Source: Acidianus ambivalens
GTDB lineage: Archaea; Thermoproteota; Thermoprotei_A; Sulfolobales; Sulfolobaceae
Assembly: GCF_009729015.1 (NCBI RefSeq)
Contig: NZ_CP045482.1
Coordinates: forward strand, 19,417 to 43,416
Direction of reading: 5' to 3'
Length of the DNA stretch: 24,000 nt
The position numbers were made by a program, and so were the translations under genes. How positions within the stretch are numbered: the first letter of the stretch is position 1; each line of letters starts with the position of its first letter. Under the pieces are notes generated by a model, which made no database searches, was not told the origin of the DNA, and was given only the letters and a program-made list of their open reading frames with translations. Positions 22,658 through 24,000 of the stretch are shown one piece after another.

Positions 22658-23053
22658 ATGGAAGAAGTAGTTAAAGAATACATGAAAAGTAACGTAATTT
22701 CGGTTGAGAAATCTCTTACTTTAAAAGAAGTAACTGAAATCATGACTAAAAATAATGTAGGCTCGGTAATAGTGGTTGATCACGGAAAACCGATAGGCAT
22801 AATAACTGAAAAAGATATTGTCAGAGCATTAGGTAGCGGAAAGGATTTGAATACAAAGGCTGAGGAAATAATGACTGCATCCTTGATTACGATAAGAGAA
22901 GATGCTCCCATAACTGGAGCTTTAAGTTTAATGAGAACGAACAATATTAGACATCTTCCGGTGGTTAACGAAGAAGGTAAACTTACTGGAATATTATCAA
23001 TAAGAGACGTAGCGAGAGCCTTAGACGATATGTACGAGAATTATTTAGATTAA
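22658..23053 (+). CDS. CBS-domain pair protein (131 aa, stand-alone)
   Basis: Two tandem CBS repeats: VISV...VGSVIVVD.GKPIGIITEKDIVRAL and LITI...IRHLPVVNEEGKLTGILSIRDVARAL. Confidence 0.85.
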   Translation: MEEVVKEYMKSNVISVEKSLTLKEVTEIMTKNNVGSVIVVDHGKPIGIITEKDIVRALGSGKDLNTKAEEIMTASLITIREDAPITGALSLMRTNNIRHLPVVNEEGKLTGILSIRDVARALDDMYENYLD

Positions 23054-23059
23054 GATAAG

Positions 23060-23085
23060 CCTTATTATTTTTCCTTATTATTTTT
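23060..23085 (+). repeat. Perfect tandem duplication of a 13-nt T-rich unit (CCTTATTATTTTT x2). It is a likely oligo-T terminator region for the CBS gene.
   Basis: Copy 1 is at 23060-23072 and copy 2 at 23073-23085, starting 7 nt after the TAA of the CBS gene. Each copy ends in T5. Confidence 0.6.
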
Positions 23086-23312
23086 TGATTGTGAAAATTA
23101 AGATCTGGAAAGAATGGTACGATATTCTGCTAAAACTGTCAAAAGATAAGAGGACTACATTAGAAGAGTTAATTAAGGAGATCATGAGCACGAACGATTG
23201 CATCAATTTACCTAGAGTAAATACCACGAGGAAGAAGGAGATTAATTTAAACTTAAATTATACAGAAAAGGAAGTCCTAGAAAGGATAGAAAAATTCCTC
23301 TTCTGTGATTAA
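23085..23312 (+). CDS. Hypothetical small protein (75 aa)
   Basis: The start is TTG at 23085, with GTG at 23091 as an alternative. The stop lies 1 nt before the ATG of the downstream flippase gene, which suggests co-translation. I recognise no family. The segment TTLEELIKEIM looks helical. Confidence 0.4.
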   Translation: MIVKIKIWKEWYDILLKLSKDKRTTLEELIKEIMSTNDCINLPRVNTTRKKEINLNLNYTEKEVLERIEKFLFCD

Positions 23313-23313
23313 T

Positions 23314-24000
23314 ATGTTAAAAACTAAAAAATCGCCTGGATTCGTTAGAATAGGATTATTTAACCTTTTAGTAAAGACTGCTGTAGCTCCAATATCTTTT
23401 CTCTTTTCCTTTTTGGTAGTTAGGTATTTATCTTCTATATCTATAGAAACTTTTGGAGTTTGGCAGTATATTTACGTGCTAATAACCGGGTATTTTACCA
23501 TTCCTGCAGATCTTTTTTCCTCAATAACCTCAAGGTACTCTGCTGAAGGCAAAAACGTAGGCGGAATAATAATTATTAATGCATTAGCCGGCTCTATTTC
23601 TTCCTTTGCTTACTTCCTTTTGATCCCAACATTCATTCACTCTGCTGGATATAATCAACCTATTTATTTTTACACTGCAATTATGCTTATTGTACTTATT
23701 TACTTGAATAGAATCTCCGGTTCTGTTGCAATAGGCAGATCTCCTAGGTTAACCGCAATAAGTGCTTCAGGGTTTCAAATAGTTAGACTACTTTCCGCAA
23801 TAATTATGATGTTTTACCTAAATCTATCAATAAATGCAGTAATATTTGCATATTCCTTAGGATATTTGGTTCAGATAATTTTCAATTTAACTTTCGTCAA
23901 CGCTAGATTAGGAATAGACTTTAAAGTAGCTTTGTCTGCAGTTAGGAAATCAATTGTATTTATAATGAACTACGTGCAGTTAATGATAGAGGCAACTCTA
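23314..24000 (+). CDS. Polysaccharide/oligosaccharide flippase-like membrane protein (Wzx/MOP superfamily), partial. It continues beyond the right window edge.
   Basis: This ORF is not in the track because it runs off the edge. ATG is at 23314 and the frame stays open for 229 codons to position 24000. The translation begins MLKTKKSPGFVRIGLFNLLVKTAVAPISFLFSFLVVRYLS..., followed by a series of hydrophobic helices typical of Wzx-type transporters. Confidence 0.65.
   Translation, partial: MLKTKKSPGFVRIGLFNLLVKTAVAPISFLFSFLVVRYLSSISIETFGVWQYIYVLITGYFTIPADLFSSITSRYSAEGKNVGGIIIINALAGSISSFAYFLLIPTFIHSAGYNQPIYFYTAIMLIVLIYLNRISGSVAIGRSPRLTAISASGFQIVRLLSAIIMMFYLNLSINAVIFAYSLGYLVQIIFNLTFVNARLGIDFKVALSAVRKSIVFIMNYVQLMIEATL

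Noticed and set aside
1-24000. CRISPR array, cas1/cas2, tRNA or rRNA genes (looked for because of the Cas4-family gene and for completeness)
   Set aside because: I saw no regularly spaced direct repeats and no GC-rich structured segments of tRNA or rRNA size. Every spacer outside 636-966 is shorter than about 150 nt.

Overview
The window is visibly AT-rich (I did not count base composition) and very gene-dense. The protein set points to a Sulfolobaceae-type crenarchaeon: a stand-alone Cas4 that I recall as SSO0001-like, fused ThiD-ThiN, split GMP synthase subunit B, and cbiB/cobS/cobQ salvage genes. A/T boxes sit about 26-33 nt upstream of several start codons, as expected for TATA boxes of leaderless transcripts. 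I support 28 protein-coding regions, two of them cut by the window edges. I found no rRNA, tRNA or CRISPR array.

Gene order is as follows:
- peroxiredoxin (partial, - strand)
- small hypothetical protein
- processive-type GT2 glycosyltransferase
- Cas4-family nuclease
- ThiDN
- PfkB/ribokinase-like kinase
- HDAC-family deacetylase
- compact TnpB-like protein
- 88-aa orphan
- class II glutamine amidotransferase
- MBL-fold hydrolase
- M24 Xaa-Pro peptidase
- ARO8/LysN-like aminotransferase
- ornithine cyclodeaminase/mu-crystallin protein
- wHTH regulator
- dolichyl-phosphate mannose synthase-like GT2
- PUA protein
- xanthine dehydrogenase-family molybdopterin large subunit
- mini M48 peptidase
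- Zn-dependent dehydrogenase
- CbiB
- CobS
- CobQ
- GuaA subunit B
- HtpX-like M48 protease
- CBS-pair protein
- small ORF
- Wzx-like flippase (partial)

Most of this is ordinary core chromosome. The items most worth a second look are:
1. A 273-aa TnpB-like RuvC/zinc-finger protein with an apparently intact D-E-D triad. It has no TnpA and shares a stop-codon overlap with a housekeeping gene. It is either a 5'-truncated IS relic or a miniature domesticated RNA-guided-nuclease relative.
2. A stand-alone Cas4-family gene whose conserved N-terminus, including one Fe-S cysteine, lies upstream of any canonical start codon.
3. Extreme gene packing: two TTAA back-to-back stop overlaps, a 72-nt convergent overlap, and a 15-bp divergent spacer.
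4. An unusually long 331-nt intergenic region carrying a palindrome, tandem repeats and a hairpin.

Every functional call comes from motif recognition by eye. No database search was run.
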